In this document: one piece after another, positions 32,301 through 41,440 of the stretch
How positions within the stretch are numbered: position 1 is the first letter of the stretch
Layout: every line of letters starts with the position of its first letter
Source: Bacteroidia bacterium
GTDB lineage: Bacteria > Bacteroidota > Bacteroidia > UBA7662
Reading direction: 5' to 3'
NCBI GenBank assembly: GCA_046291695.1
Contig: JBKBSO010000008.1
Coordinates: forward strand, 5,419 to 69,418
Length of the DNA: 64,000 nucleotides
Made by a program: the position numbers and the translations under genes
The notes under the pieces: generated by a model
Database searches by the model: none
What the model was told of the DNA's origin: nothing
Seen by the model: the letters and a program-made list of their open reading frames with translations, nothing else

Positions 32301-33081
32301 ACCCAATTTCATTCCGGTAAACAAACAGCAGCAACCTGATAACCACAAGCGGAATGCTGAACTCCAACAAGCTCACCCAAGGTTTTCGTTTAACCTGTTC
32401 GAGCTGAATCCTGAAAAAGAAAAGCAGGATTGACGCAATGATCGCAATCAGGAAACTAATTGCCGAAAACCGCTCATAGCTCCCTCGGTTTACATACCGT
32501 TGGTTTGATCGTAGTACCAACTTAAATGCAGCTTGTCCATCTTCAAGCCTAACAACCTGCCCCCTTTCGCTAACCGGTAACAAACGTAGCTGTTCTATCC
32601 CATCGAATTTGAGCGCGTAGGCATTTTTTAAGTACCTGTTTTCAATGCTGTAATTATCCCTCAAAGGAACTAAGTATGTATGGGTAATATTTTCGATTTC
32701 TTCTTTAAAAACATAGGCAATGAGGTTCCCAAAAGTTTGAAATCCTGGCGAAAACGTCCTTAATTCTTCTACATCAATTCGATTCGAATTCCAGTATATC
32801 AAACTATCGCCTTTATGCACATAAAGGAGTTTTCGAATACCTAGGCGGTTAGCTTCTTGTTGCCATGCTTCGAAACTGCGGTGAGGAGCTGAACGGGCGA
32901 GCGCCTGCCAATTGGCAAAATGTTTTGCCTCCACATCAAGTAAACGACCAAAACGCCCGGCAGCATCCTCCAAAAAAGCAGGGCTCCGTTGTTTTACGGC
33001 TACCTGGCTGTATATACCAAACAGTAAGGCGCCCAAAAAAAGCACCCAAATCCCTGTTTCTATAACACCAAGGCGCCGCAT
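29389..33081 (-). CDS. Multi-TM sensor histidine kinase (NtrY-like C-terminus)
   Basis: DEIG HAMP, AHEIRNPL, NLIKNA, DNGSG, FTTK, GMGLGL. Confidence 0.9.
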   Translation of the reverse strand: MRRLGVIETGIWVLFLGALLFGIYSQVAVKQRSPAFLEDAAGRFGRLLDVEAKHFANWQALARSAPHRSFEAWQQEANRLGIRKLLYVHKGDSLIYWNSNRIDVEELRTFSPGFQTFGNLIAYVFKEEIENITHTYLVPLRDNYSIENRYLKNAYALKFDGIEQLRLLPVSERGQVVRLEDGQAAFKLVLRSNQRYVNRGSYERFSAISFLIAIIASILLFFFRIQLEQVKRKPWVSLLEFSIPLVVIRLLLFVYRNEIGLSALEGFDPNIFASHWLLPSFGDLLMHLLGIALILLFGFRYRHLYHIALLKIGWRYKNWLFVWLVSMLGVLFFLVSLLISRDLVFSSNIPLGLEKLFDYNGYTYLAFATYLLLISINAAHFYLLYKYVWRNIKSWHLLVIYLLIMLFVIWVFSLTGERVWLSQYRLWWVFLGLIILAIRLLNLRFKHTFLVLLSCWSMFVGYQVSEALYRKQIEMARYTAQKIYSPNDATAIYLLLDLIPKIQQEPALTSYGADNEDLSLLNKRLVYDYFKGYLDKYALSDLQLKVGIQFDTTDFQPIRDELEQLNRFSMLRQFKQNARQGYSLRLPFLSDLGRVDTLTLRIVQKSLKPDSPLPNLLLEGDLVKRETFSSFSFALYEDSRLIQQAGRYPYQLNDDIWRQLPGDFAQMQIDGLSHLIYRPDNASTVVVSFVSGGWLRTLAAASGLLLFSIGLLLIANRFVSKGSSWKGFTHLSYRNRIEVALIGSVFIIMLVIGYITVTYSVIRSKANTEELITNRLQDIQAAVESMFRLRSGGLRIDANQRLELNQIATRLEADFSLYDLQGKLLFSSQGKLYEQELLGEYAHPNAFYQLAGLQRTVFLQSEHLGDFHFQSVYLPLRDSRSDLMGIVNMPAFDKDLTEKSELNTFIGNLISIYLVMLLVAGFLVFWLAERITSPIQLITGVIMRTKGGMRDQMPNWKREDEIGLLISSYNEMLQELDQSARLLARSERESAWREMARQIAHEIRNPLTPMKLKLQRMLRDFNENPERFETRFKDETGLVLEQIDVLAAVAGEFSSFAQVQVGEKTVFDLRENLHSVMGLFAQQQTIQFIDDLLCLDEASPEKQLLATAPGNTPCLVYADALQVQRVFQNLIKNALQSVPEEREAEIRIKLYRYEKFYGVDVTDNGSGILPENREKIFQPNFTTKSSGMGLGLAIVRKIMEQNAGIIGFETTEGVGTRFYVRFPVYHEQAD

Positions 33082-34046
33082 TAATAGTAGGCCGACTTGT
33101 TTAAAAATTGTTGAACATACATTTCTACGCCGCTTTCAAGACTCATAAACGGCAGTGTATAGCCAGCCATGCGCAATTTTTCCATGCGGGCTTCAGTAAA
33201 ATACTGATATTTCTCCCGGATGTCTTCCGGCGTATCTATGAACCGAATATCTGGAGCTATACCCATGGCTTTAAAAACAGCCTTACTCAAATCAAGGAAA
33301 GTTCGAGCCTTGCCCGTTCCCAAGTTAAATAATCCGCTAACCTTACGATTTTCCATCAACCAAATACATACACCTACCACATCCATCACATAAATGAAAT
33401 CCCGTAATTGCTCCCCATCGCGATAATCAGGCCGATGCGAACGAAACAACTGCAAGTATCCGCGCTGGGCTATTTGTTGATGTGCATGAAAAATTACCGA
33501 GGCCATACGGCCTTTATGGTACTCATTAGGCCCATAAACATTAAAAAATTTAAGTCCCACCCATTGAAATGGCTTTTGCTCCTGCGCCAATGCCCACCGA
33601 TCGAAAGCTAACTTTGAATCGCCATAAGGGTTAAGTGGTACCAAATCTGCCAAAATATTGTCCTCATCTGCAAAACCCAAACTACCATCCCCATAGGTAG
33701 CCGCCGAAGAGGCATACACCAAAGGCAGTCCATAAGCCACGCATTTCTCCCAAACCTTCTTGCTGTATTCTAGGTTAAGCCGGGTGTGGATACTCTCATC
33801 AAATTCCGTGGTATCCGTACGGGCACCCAAGTGAAAGACATATTGAACCGAAGCTTGTTCCCGATCGAGCCACTCAAAAAACGCATCCCGTGATACACAT
33901 ACACAACCTGGTTTCTCATCATAATTGCGTCTTTTATCACTTCTGCTGAAGTCGTCAACCAGCACCAAGTCGCAATAGCCTTGCTCCAATAAACCGGCTG
34001 CCAAACAACTGCCAATAAAACCGGCTGCTCCTGTTATTACAATCAT
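33081..34046 (-). CDS. rfaD: ADP-L-glycero-D-manno-heptose 6-epimerase
   Basis: TGAAGFIG, YASSAATYG, LNPYGDSK, FFNVYGPNEYHKGRMAS. Confidence 0.93.
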   Translation of the reverse strand: MIVITGAAGFIGSCLAAGLLEQGYCDLVLVDDFSRSDKRRNYDEKPGCVCVSRDAFFEWLDREQASVQYVFHLGARTDTTEFDESIHTRLNLEYSKKVWEKCVAYGLPLVYASSAATYGDGSLGFADEDNILADLVPLNPYGDSKLAFDRWALAQEQKPFQWVGLKFFNVYGPNEYHKGRMASVIFHAHQQIAQRGYLQLFRSHRPDYRDGEQLRDFIYVMDVVGVCIWLMENRKVSGLFNLGTGKARTFLDLSKAVFKAMGIAPDIRFIDTPEDIREKYQYFTEARMEKLRMAGYTLPFMSLESGVEMYVQQFLNKSAYY

Positions 34047-34165
34047 GCCTCAAAAATAAGCTCAATAATACCGAAAATAGCCGTAAGCCTGGTTAATCTG
34101 TCGCACACTGCCTAGAGATTGACCATAAGCCACATTTGGTGCACTTTTTTTTGGTGCGGCCGTTG

Positions 34166-34173
34166 TATATTTG
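34166..34173 (+). promoter_or_regulatory. Bacteroidota -7 promoter box for queD
   Basis: TATATTTG upstream of the ATG at 34188. Confidence 0.55.
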
Positions 34174-34187
34174 CGCCCGCAAAGCAT

Positions 34188-34610
34188 ATGATTTACCTCA
34201 CACGCAAAGAGCATTTTAACGCCGCCCACAAATTGTGGAACCCGAATTGGTCGGACGAACAAAACGAATCTGTATTCGGCAAATGCTCGAATAAGAATTG
34301 GCATGGCCACAACTTCGACCTGTATGTAACCCTTAAGGGTACGCCTGATCCGAATACCGGCTTTTTGATAGACCTCAAACTTCTCAGCAGAATCATAAAG
34401 GAAGAGGTTATCGACATCCTCGACCACGCCAACATCAACCTTGATGTCCCATTTATGGCCGGAAAAATGGCTTCTACCGAAAACCTGGCCATGGGAATCT
34501 GGAACCAGCTGGTGCATCATCTACAAGGCGAAAACTACCGACTCTACAGCATCAAGCTTTATGAAACTGAAAGAAATTTTGTAGAGTATTTCGGCCCCGA
34601 CCACCCCTAA
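34188..34610 (+). CDS. queD: 6-carboxytetrahydropterin / 6-pyruvoyl-tetrahydropterin synthase
   Basis: FNAAH, CSNKNWHGHN, LDH, STENLA, LYETE. Confidence 0.9.
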   Translation: MIYLTRKEHFNAAHKLWNPNWSDEQNESVFGKCSNKNWHGHNFDLYVTLKGTPDPNTGFLIDLKLLSRIIKEEVIDILDHANINLDVPFMAGKMASTENLAMGIWNQLVHHLQGENYRLYSIKLYETERNFVEYFGPDHP

Positions 34611-34685
34611 CGTTTTTGGTTATTAAAGTAAAAAAAACGAAGTTACCAGCAAATTAACGGCTCAAGCCCACCTAAAAGCTATTTT

Positions 34686-35573
34686 ATGAACGCATATGTA
34701 TTTCCGGGCCAGGGTGCCCAATTTCCGGGTATGGGAAAAGATTTGTACGAACAATACGAACTAGCACGTAACCGTTTCGAAGAAGCCAACGAAATTCTTG
34801 GCTTTCGCATTACCGATATCATGTTCGAAGGTAGTGAAGAAGCCCTGCGTCAGACCAAAGTGACGCAACCTGCTATATTCCTACATTCAGTAATCATGGC
34901 CGAATTACTTGGCGACCACTTCAAACCGCAAATGGCAGCCGGACACTCTCTGGGAGAGTTTTCGGCACTGGTAGCTTGTGGAAGCCTGAACTTTGCCGAT
35001 GGCCTTCGCCTCGTAAGCCAACGCGCCCTGGCCATGCAAAAGGCCTGTGAAATGCAAGCATCTACCATGGCAGCAGTTCTTGGACTCGCTGATGAAGTGG
35101 TTGAATCAGTTTGCGCCGACATTACAGAAGAAATTGTAGTCCCTGCCAATTACAATTGCCCCGGTCAATTGGTCATTTCGGGCAGCATACCCGGGGTTGA
35201 AAAAGCCAGTGAAGCCCTCAAGGCCGCTGGCGCCATCAAAACCGTCATGCTTTCAGTTGGCGGAGCCTTCCACTCTCCCCTCATGGAACCGGCTCGTGTT
35301 GAACTTGAAGCCGCTATTAAAGCCGTAGATTTTAAAGCACCGTGTTGCCCCATCTACCAAAACGTAACGGCAGCAGCCGTTACCAATCCTTCAGAAATTC
35401 AACTAAACCTCATTCAACAACTTACCGGTGCCGTTCGCTGGACCCAAAGCATGCAACAAATGATTGCCGATGGCGCCTCATCTTTTACTGAAGTCGGACC
35501 CGGAAAAGTACTGCAAGGTCTCCTGCGCAAAGTCGACCGCCAAATGCCGGCAACTAGTGCTCAGATTGCCTGA
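34686..35573 (+). CDS. fabD: Malonyl-CoA:ACP transacylase
   Basis: FPGQGAQ, QPAI, GHSLGE, AFHS, EVGPGKVL. Confidence 0.98.
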   Translation: MNAYVFPGQGAQFPGMGKDLYEQYELARNRFEEANEILGFRITDIMFEGSEEALRQTKVTQPAIFLHSVIMAELLGDHFKPQMAAGHSLGEFSALVACGSLNFADGLRLVSQRALAMQKACEMQASTMAAVLGLADEVVESVCADITEEIVVPANYNCPGQLVISGSIPGVEKASEALKAAGAIKTVMLSVGGAFHSPLMEPARVELEAAIKAVDFKAPCCPIYQNVTAAAVTNPSEIQLNLIQQLTGAVRWTQSMQQMIADGASSFTEVGPGKVLQGLLRKVDRQMPATSAQIA

Positions 35574-36409
35574 GTAATAACCCGCATCATGCGCGATTTG
35601 CCCTGCATATCGGTGTGCAAAATTGTTTGATGCCGATGAAAAAGCCCTTGAATTTCAGGGGCTTTTTCGTGATTAAGCTCTAGATACAGGAAACGACCCG
35701 AAGGAGCTGCATCGGCCAGTTGAGCCATACGTCGATAAAAAAGTAACGCATCACTACCCGGGGCAAATAAAGCCATATGCGGCTCGTAGGATAGCACTTC
35801 TTCCCGCATTTCCGCCATTTCATCCCTGCTGATGTAGGGCGGATTGCTCACCAATATATCCCAGTCTGGCAATTCAACCTCCAACATATCACCCGATATC
35901 CAGCTTAACTTTACGCCGTGAAGCGCTGCATTTTCTACTGCTGTGGCTAAAGCTTCGGCTGATAATTCAACCGCAAACAACTCCCAATGGGGCCGCGCCA
36001 ATTTTAAACTAATGGGAATAACGCCACTCCCGCATCCTAAATCAACCACTTTGCGTGCCTCACTACCCTGTTCCTCAAGCATCCATTGTACAAGCTCCTC
36101 GGTTTCGGGCCGGGGTATCAATACATGCCCATTGAGCACAAAAGGCCTTCCCATAAACCAAGCTTCATTGAGTACGTACTGCAAAGGCTTACCTTCCACC
36201 AATGCAGTCAGGTCCAATTCAGCTTGCTCGGCCAAACCAGTCGGTAAAGTCCCTGCAGTTTGCATTAAACGCTGCACGGGCGTAAGTCCGGCACGTTTAC
36301 GTAACCAGCTAGTCCAAATGGCCTGTATTTCTGATTGATCGTATCGCCCTGCCAAGCGACTAAAAAAAGCTCGACGTAATTCAATATAGGGGTCTACTGC
36401 TAAAGGCAT
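35561..36409 (-). CDS. prmC: Release factor glutamine methyltransferase
   Basis: PLQY, LIPRPETEE, DLGCGSG, SNPPY. Confidence 0.93.
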   Translation of the reverse strand: MPLAVDPYIELRRAFFSRLAGRYDQSEIQAIWTSWLRKRAGLTPVQRLMQTAGTLPTGLAEQAELDLTALVEGKPLQYVLNEAWFMGRPFVLNGHVLIPRPETEELVQWMLEEQGSEARKVVDLGCGSGVIPISLKLARPHWELFAVELSAEALATAVENAALHGVKLSWISGDMLEVELPDWDILVSNPPYISRDEMAEMREEVLSYEPHMALFAPGSDALLFYRRMAQLADAAPSGRFLYLELNHEKAPEIQGLFHRHQTILHTDMQGKSRMMRVITQAI

Positions 36410-36453
36410 TTGCAAAGATGTACTGCTTTGCTGATATTCCTGCGCTACTTAAT

Positions 36454-36461
36454 TAACTTTG
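36454..36461 (+). promoter_or_regulatory. Bacteroidota -7 promoter box for ribD
   Basis: TAACTTTG upstream of the ATG at 36472. Confidence 0.55.
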
Positions 36462-36471
36462 TGCACCAATT

Positions 36472-37485
36472 ATGGCTAATGATACCTCATCCCATGAGCT
36501 GTTTATGCAGCGAGCCTTTGAACTGGCTGCGCTCGGCACCGGCCATGTGGCGCCAAACCCGCTAGTAGGTGCCGTAGTGGTATACCAAGGAAGTATTTTG
36601 GGCGAAGGCTGGCACCGCCAATATGGACAAGCGCATGCTGAGGTAAATGCCATCAATTCGGTTAGTCAAATGGACTTGTTGCCGGCATGCACCATGTATG
36701 TAAACCTCGAACCTTGTGCGCATTTCGGCAAAACCCCGCCCTGTAGTCTCTTACTCATTGAGAAAAAAATCAAACGGGTTTTCATCGCCAATACCGACCC
36801 ATACTCCGAAGTGGCGGGCAAAGGCATTCAGATGCTTCAAAAGGCAGGAATAGAAGTCCATACCGGCCTTTCCGAAACAAATGGTAGGTGGCTAAACCGG
36901 CGTTTTTTTACCTTTCATGAAAAAAAAAGACCCTACATCATCCTCAAATGGGCGCAATCGGCTGATGGTTTTATGGCACCAGATAAAGCCGGAAACTATT
37001 GGATCAGCAGCCCTGAAAGCAAAACCCTCCTCCATAAATGGCGTTCAGAAGAACCCGCCATCCTCGTAGGTGCCCGTACTGTGCTACTCGACAACCCGGC
37101 ATTAAATACCAGACTGATCCAAGGAAAAAGCCCTCGACCGGTAGTAATCGAAAGAAGCCCAGGTATTCATGGCCATTTTAAACTTTTCGAAAATCCACTT
37201 CTGATTCGACTCCGTTACCAAGCTAGCTTACGTGATGAATTACCCGAATTATTAGCCTTGTTACACGAACAGCAGTTACAATCGGTATTGGTAGAAGGTG
37301 GCGCCGCTGTGCTTAACTCCTTTTTGCAAAGCGGCCTTTGGGACGAAATTAGGTGCTTTGAAGCCCCCTTATTACTGCATAATGGCCTGGCCGCTCCTGC
37401 AATACCGGCAGAAGCACAATTTATTAAAAATGAACATATTGGCACTGACAATCTGAAGCTTTACACAAATATTAATAATCAATGA
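36472..37485 (+). CDS. ribD: Riboflavin biosynthesis deaminase/reductase
   Basis: PNPLVG, HAE, LEPC..PPC, VEGG. Confidence 0.97.
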   Translation: MANDTSSHELFMQRAFELAALGTGHVAPNPLVGAVVVYQGSILGEGWHRQYGQAHAEVNAINSVSQMDLLPACTMYVNLEPCAHFGKTPPCSLLLIEKKIKRVFIANTDPYSEVAGKGIQMLQKAGIEVHTGLSETNGRWLNRRFFTFHEKKRPYIILKWAQSADGFMAPDKAGNYWISSPESKTLLHKWRSEEPAILVGARTVLLDNPALNTRLIQGKSPRPVVIERSPGIHGHFKLFENPLLIRLRYQASLRDELPELLALLHEQQLQSVLVEGGAAVLNSFLQSGLWDEIRCFEAPLLLHNGLAAPAIPAEAQFIKNEHIGTDNLKLYTNINNQ

Positions 37486-38339
37486 ACTGGCTACTCCTCA
37501 GTATTGGCTTTTCAGTAGTCAATTTTCTGCTTTTTCGTCAGTTTGAGCGTTGGAAAATCAACACCTTGGTGGCCGTAGCTACCAATTACATCAGCTGCAT
37601 CTTGTTAGGTTGGTGGCTACAGGGCGATCTGCCACGGATACATCTAACTACCCCCTGGCTGCCATGGGCGGCTTTTATAGGCTTGCTCTTTGTAAGCATG
37701 TTTGTACTCATTGGCCTGAGTGCCCAAAAACTTGGCGTAAACATCACCACCGTTGCGGCCAAAATGTCGTTCGTGATCCCCATGAGCCTGGCATACGGAC
37801 TCTATCAAAGCAAATTTGAACCCTTACACGCCTTGGCATTGTTGCTGGCATTAGCCGCTATAGCGCTCAGCAGCAGTCGTAACTACAGCCAAAAAGCCGA
37901 GCCTTGGCGATGGGTTTTGCCCATGAGCATTTTTTTAGGCGGAGGCATGGCCGATGCCACACTCAATTATGTTGAAGTGAAACTGCTGGCTCCTGCAGAC
38001 CAAGGCGTATTTCTGATGGTCCTGTTCGGCACCTCAGGCGTGTTTGGCTGGTTAGGCTTAGGCATTCGTGCCTTGCAAGGAAAGCGTGAAATAGAACTGA
38101 AAAGCATGCTGGCCGGTTTAGGTCTAGGTATTTCAAACTTCCTCACGGTATTTGCCTTACTCCAAGCCTTCAGCTCCGAGTTGCCGGGAGCCTTTATCTT
38201 TCCCTTGCTTAACGTAGGCACCATAGTTTTGGCTGCCCTGGGCGCCTGGTGGCTATTTAAAGAGCAACCCAAAGGCAAGCAGTGGGCCGGACTTGCGGCG
38301 GCCCTACTGGCTATCCTTGTATACAGTTGGCAAACATGA
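37482..38339 (+). CDS. EamA/DMT family transporter
   Basis: ~10 TM helices, KMSFVIP, FKEQ; overlaps the ribD stop. Confidence 0.8.
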   Translation: MNWLLLSIGFSVVNFLLFRQFERWKINTLVAVATNYISCILLGWWLQGDLPRIHLTTPWLPWAAFIGLLFVSMFVLIGLSAQKLGVNITTVAAKMSFVIPMSLAYGLYQSKFEPLHALALLLALAAIALSSSRNYSQKAEPWRWVLPMSIFLGGGMADATLNYVEVKLLAPADQGVFLMVLFGTSGVFGWLGLGIRALQGKREIELKSMLAGLGLGISNFLTVFALLQAFSSELPGAFIFPLLNVGTIVLAALGAWWLFKEQPKGKQWAGLAAALLAILVYSWQT

Positions 38340-38929
38340 TGCGTAAAAATCAATTGCTAAGTACTGCCGAAGCCCAATACAAAGACCGGGGCAGTAAATT
38401 TTTAGCCTTCGCCTTGCCAATTGCCAGCGAAGCCGAGGTCAGTATCCATTTGCATGCATTAAAATCGGCACATCATGCCGCCCGTCACTGGTGCTACGCC
38501 TGGCGATTGGGTGAACAAGCTGAGCTGTATCGCAGCAACGACGATGGCGAACCCTCAGGAAGTGCCGGCCGACCCATACTCGCAGCCATCGACCAGCACC
38601 AACTTACTAACTGCTTGGTAGTTGTGGTTCGCTATTTTGGAGGCACCCTGCTGGGGGTCCGTGGACTTATTGATGCCTACGGCGGCGCAGCCCGGATGGC
38701 CCTTGAACTGGCCAATATTAGCTTTTTACCCATAATTCGTAGCCTAAAGTTAACCTGTGCTTATCAACAAATTGCTGAAGTCCAAAAAGTTATGAACGAG
38801 CTTAACCTCAAGCCAATAACCCAAAATTACAGCAACACAAATGTAGAATTCCGCTTCGAAGCCGATGAGGAGGTAATTTCCGAAGCATCTACCCGTTTTT
38901 TGAACATTTATGGCCTGGTGATTCAATGA
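38336..38929 (+). CDS. yigZ: YigZ/IMPACT family protein
   Basis: SKFLA, ARHWCYA, DDGEPSGSAG, VVRYFGG.LLG..GL. Confidence 0.93.
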   Translation: MMRKNQLLSTAEAQYKDRGSKFLAFALPIASEAEVSIHLHALKSAHHAARHWCYAWRLGEQAELYRSNDDGEPSGSAGRPILAAIDQHQLTNCLVVVVRYFGGTLLGVRGLIDAYGGAARMALELANISFLPIIRSLKLTCAYQQIAEVQKVMNELNLKPITQNYSNTNVEFRFEADEEVISEASTRFLNIYGLVIQ

Positions 38930-38994
38930 AAATTGTCTAAAAATTGCTCACAAGCCGATTAATCCATTATCTTCGTGCCTTTCAAACACGAATT

Positions 38995-39687
38995 ATGCAA
39001 TTAAAATCCCTCTTATTAGTAACAGGCCTGAGCATGTTTGTATTCAGCGCCTGCAATGGTCAAAAGAAAATGGACAAAAACGCAACAATGAAAACGCAAA
39101 TCGACACGGTAAGCTACAGCCTCGGTGTAAACATCGGCTCAAACCTTAAAAGTCAGGGCTTTGGCGACATTAACGTAGCCGCCATGATGAAAGCCATGGA
39201 AGATGTGCTTGGTGACAAGACCCTCAGCATCAATGAGGATGATGCCAACATGCACATACAGACCTACTTTCAATCGATGATGGACAAAAAAGCGGAAGAA
39301 GGCAAAGCCAAAGGGCGTGTATTCCTCGAAGAAAACGCGAAAAAAGAAGGTATCACCACAACTGCCAGCGGTTTGCAATACCAAGTGCTCAAAATGGGTG
39401 AAGGCGAAAAGCCGGCTGCAACCGATAAAGTAACCGTACACTACCATGGCACACTTACCGACGGAACGGTTTTCGATAGCTCTGTTGACCGTGGGCAACC
39501 GGCCACTTTCCCCTTAAATGGTGTAATTGCCGGCTGGACAGAAGCCCTTCAGTTGATGCCGGTTGGTTCTAAGTTCCGTATCTTCCTGCCAAGCGACTTG
39601 GCTTATGGCGAGCGTGGTGCAGGCCAAATGATTGGACCACACGAGACTTTAATTTTTGAAGTAGAATTACTGAGTATTGACAAATAA
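38995..39687 (+). CDS. FKBP-type peptidyl-prolyl isomerase (Mip/FklB-like lipoprotein)
   Basis: FSAC lipobox, SYSLG, SGLQY, VHYHG, VIAGW, AYG, LIFEVEL. Confidence 0.93.
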   Translation: MQLKSLLLVTGLSMFVFSACNGQKKMDKNATMKTQIDTVSYSLGVNIGSNLKSQGFGDINVAAMMKAMEDVLGDKTLSINEDDANMHIQTYFQSMMDKKAEEGKAKGRVFLEENAKKEGITTTASGLQYQVLKMGEGEKPAATDKVTVHYHGTLTDGTVFDSSVDRGQPATFPLNGVIAGWTEALQLMPVGSKFRIFLPSDLAYGERGAGQMIGPHETLIFEVELLSIDK

Positions 39688-39705
39688 CTCGTTCAAATAA
39701 AAAGC

Positions 39706-39731
39706 AAAAGCCCCCGGTGACGGGGGCTTTT
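39706..39731 (+). terminator. Intrinsic terminator after the FKBP gene
   Basis: AAAAGCCCCC-GGTGAC-GGGGGCTTTT. Confidence 0.8.
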
Positions 39732-39743
39732 GTATTTTTGGGA

Positions 39744-40220
39744 ATGCTTAAAATCAGGCTTATACAAACAGGCAAAAACCAGGAGGCTTTCATTGAGCAA
39801 GCCGTGGCCTTTTACCAGCAAAAACTAAAGCATTATTGCCAATTCGAAACACTTACTTTACCTGTACTTAAGAATGCCGGAAAGCTTACGCTGGAGGAAG
39901 TCTGTAAAAAAGAAGGTGAACAACTACTAAAACAACTAAGCCCTAAAAGCTGGTTGGTATTGCTCGATGAGCGTGGCAAATCTTTCGATTCGCCGGAGTT
40001 TGCAGCGCAAATCGAAAAATGGACGGTAGCTGGACGTTCACAAATTGACTTTGTAATAGGAGGCGCCTTTGGTTTTAGCGATGCGGTATATGCACGTGCT
40101 GATTTTCAACTAACGCTCTCTCGCATGACCTTCTCACACCAAATCATCCGCATTTTGTTTTTAGAACAACTGTACCGGGCTTTTACTATTTTGCGAAACG
40201 AACCTTATCACCACGCCTAA
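39744..40220 (+). CDS. rlmH: 23S rRNA pseudouridine-1915 N3-methyltransferase
   Basis: LDERG, FVIGG, LSRMTFSHQ, EQLYRA, PYHH; -7 box TATTTTTG at 39733-39740. Confidence 0.97.
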   Translation: MLKIRLIQTGKNQEAFIEQAVAFYQQKLKHYCQFETLTLPVLKNAGKLTLEEVCKKEGEQLLKQLSPKSWLVLLDERGKSFDSPEFAAQIEKWTVAGRSQIDFVIGGAFGFSDAVYARADFQLTLSRMTFSHQIIRILFLEQLYRAFTILRNEPYHHA

Positions 40221-40222
40221 TC

Positions 40223-40897
40223 ATGAGCATCAATGCCCCCTTTTTCGACGCCTTAATTCTGGGTTATACCGGACTCACCGGAGACTTGCTTTTGCGTGAA
40301 CTCATGAAAAGCGATAAAGTAAAACATATCATTTGCTTGGGGAGAAAGGCTCCGTCCTTCGACCACCACAAAGTACAATTCATACAAGCCGATATGAACC
40401 GGCTCACCGAGCATACCGACGCCTTCGGAAGCGTAAGTCGGGTATTCTGTTGTTTGGGGACAACTATCAAAAAAGCAGGAAGTAAAAACGCCTTTCGGAG
40501 GGTTGATTACGACATGGTCGTAAATGCTGCTCTGGTAGCAGCGCAGGCAGGAGTAAATCATTTTAGCGTGGTGAGCGCCGTAGGAGCCGAAGCAAAGTCT
40601 GGGATCTTCTATAACCAGGTGAAAGGCGAAATGGAAGCGGCCCTAATACAAACCGGCTTGCCCCGATTATCAATCTTCCGACCGGGACTATTGCTTGGAA
40701 AGCGAGAAGAATTCCGTTTTGGTGAACGCTTAGGCATTGCTCTTGTTCCGCTTTTTGAATGGATGATTCCAAAGCGCTTTCGAAGCATCAAAGCCGAAAC
40801 CGTAGCTAGGGCCATGTTGCTAAATGCCATCAAAACCGATGAAGGCATTGAAATTTTCTTTAATGGCGATATGGAAGTATTGTCAAAAAGCTTGTAA
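40223..40897 (+). CDS. NAD(P)H-binding Rossmann protein (YraR/TIP30-like)
   Basis: GYTGLTG, FCCLGTT, VDYD, YNQVKG, RPGLL. Confidence 0.85.
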   Translation: MSINAPFFDALILGYTGLTGDLLLRELMKSDKVKHIICLGRKAPSFDHHKVQFIQADMNRLTEHTDAFGSVSRVFCCLGTTIKKAGSKNAFRRVDYDMVVNAALVAAQAGVNHFSVVSAVGAEAKSGIFYNQVKGEMEAALIQTGLPRLSIFRPGLLLGKREEFRFGERLGIALVPLFEWMIPKRFRSIKAETVARAMLLNAIKTDEGIEIFFNGDMEVLSKSL

Positions 40898-40904
40898 TCT
40901 TCTA

Positions 40905-41387
40905 TCACGAACGCAAGGTCTTCCATCGCGCCAATAATTGGGCGTATTCGGGTATGCCTTCAGCAAAAGTATAGCACCCCTTCAAATGATCAACCTCGGC
41001 CATAATATGCTCAACACCATTGCTGAGTAAGATAAAAGGTACCTGTACACTGCGATTATAGCGAGCCACTTGGTCGAAAACCGCCTGATCGATGGGAACA
41101 TCCACTGCCTTACATTCAATAAGTAAAAAGGGCTTATAATTAGCATCATATACCAACGCATCATAACGCTTTTTGAGCTCATCTACCTCTAAGCCTTTCT
41201 CAACACCAATGGCTGAGACCGGAAATCCGAGGTTTTGTACTAAATGATGAAGCAAATGCTGGCGTACCCATTCCTCGGGGCTAAGCAACACATACTTCCG
41301 CCGAAACACATCAAAAATAGCGGGTTTACCTCCCAACGTTTTGAAGCGATAAGCAAACGTAGGTAGTTGTAGTGTTGATTTGTGCAT
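40905..41387 (-). CDS. Stand-alone type I restriction HsdR N-terminal-domain protein
   Basis: PEEWVRQH, RYDAL, LIECKA, QVARYN, SNG. Confidence 0.85.
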   Translation of the reverse strand: MHKSTLQLPTFAYRFKTLGGKPAIFDVFRRKYVLLSPEEWVRQHLLHHLVQNLGFPVSAIGVEKGLEVDELKKRYDALVYDANYKPFLLIECKAVDVPIDQAVFDQVARYNRSVQVPFILLSNGVEHIMAEVDHLKGCYTFAEGIPEYAQLLARWKTLRS

Positions 41388-41440
41388 AAAAAGCGTGCTC
41401 AAGTCGTGTTTTCTTAGCTAATTTAGCTGTAAACAAAAGT

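Noticed and set aside
40905-41387. Type I restriction-modification system
   Set aside because: Only the small N-terminal domain is present; no helicase, hsdM or hsdS.
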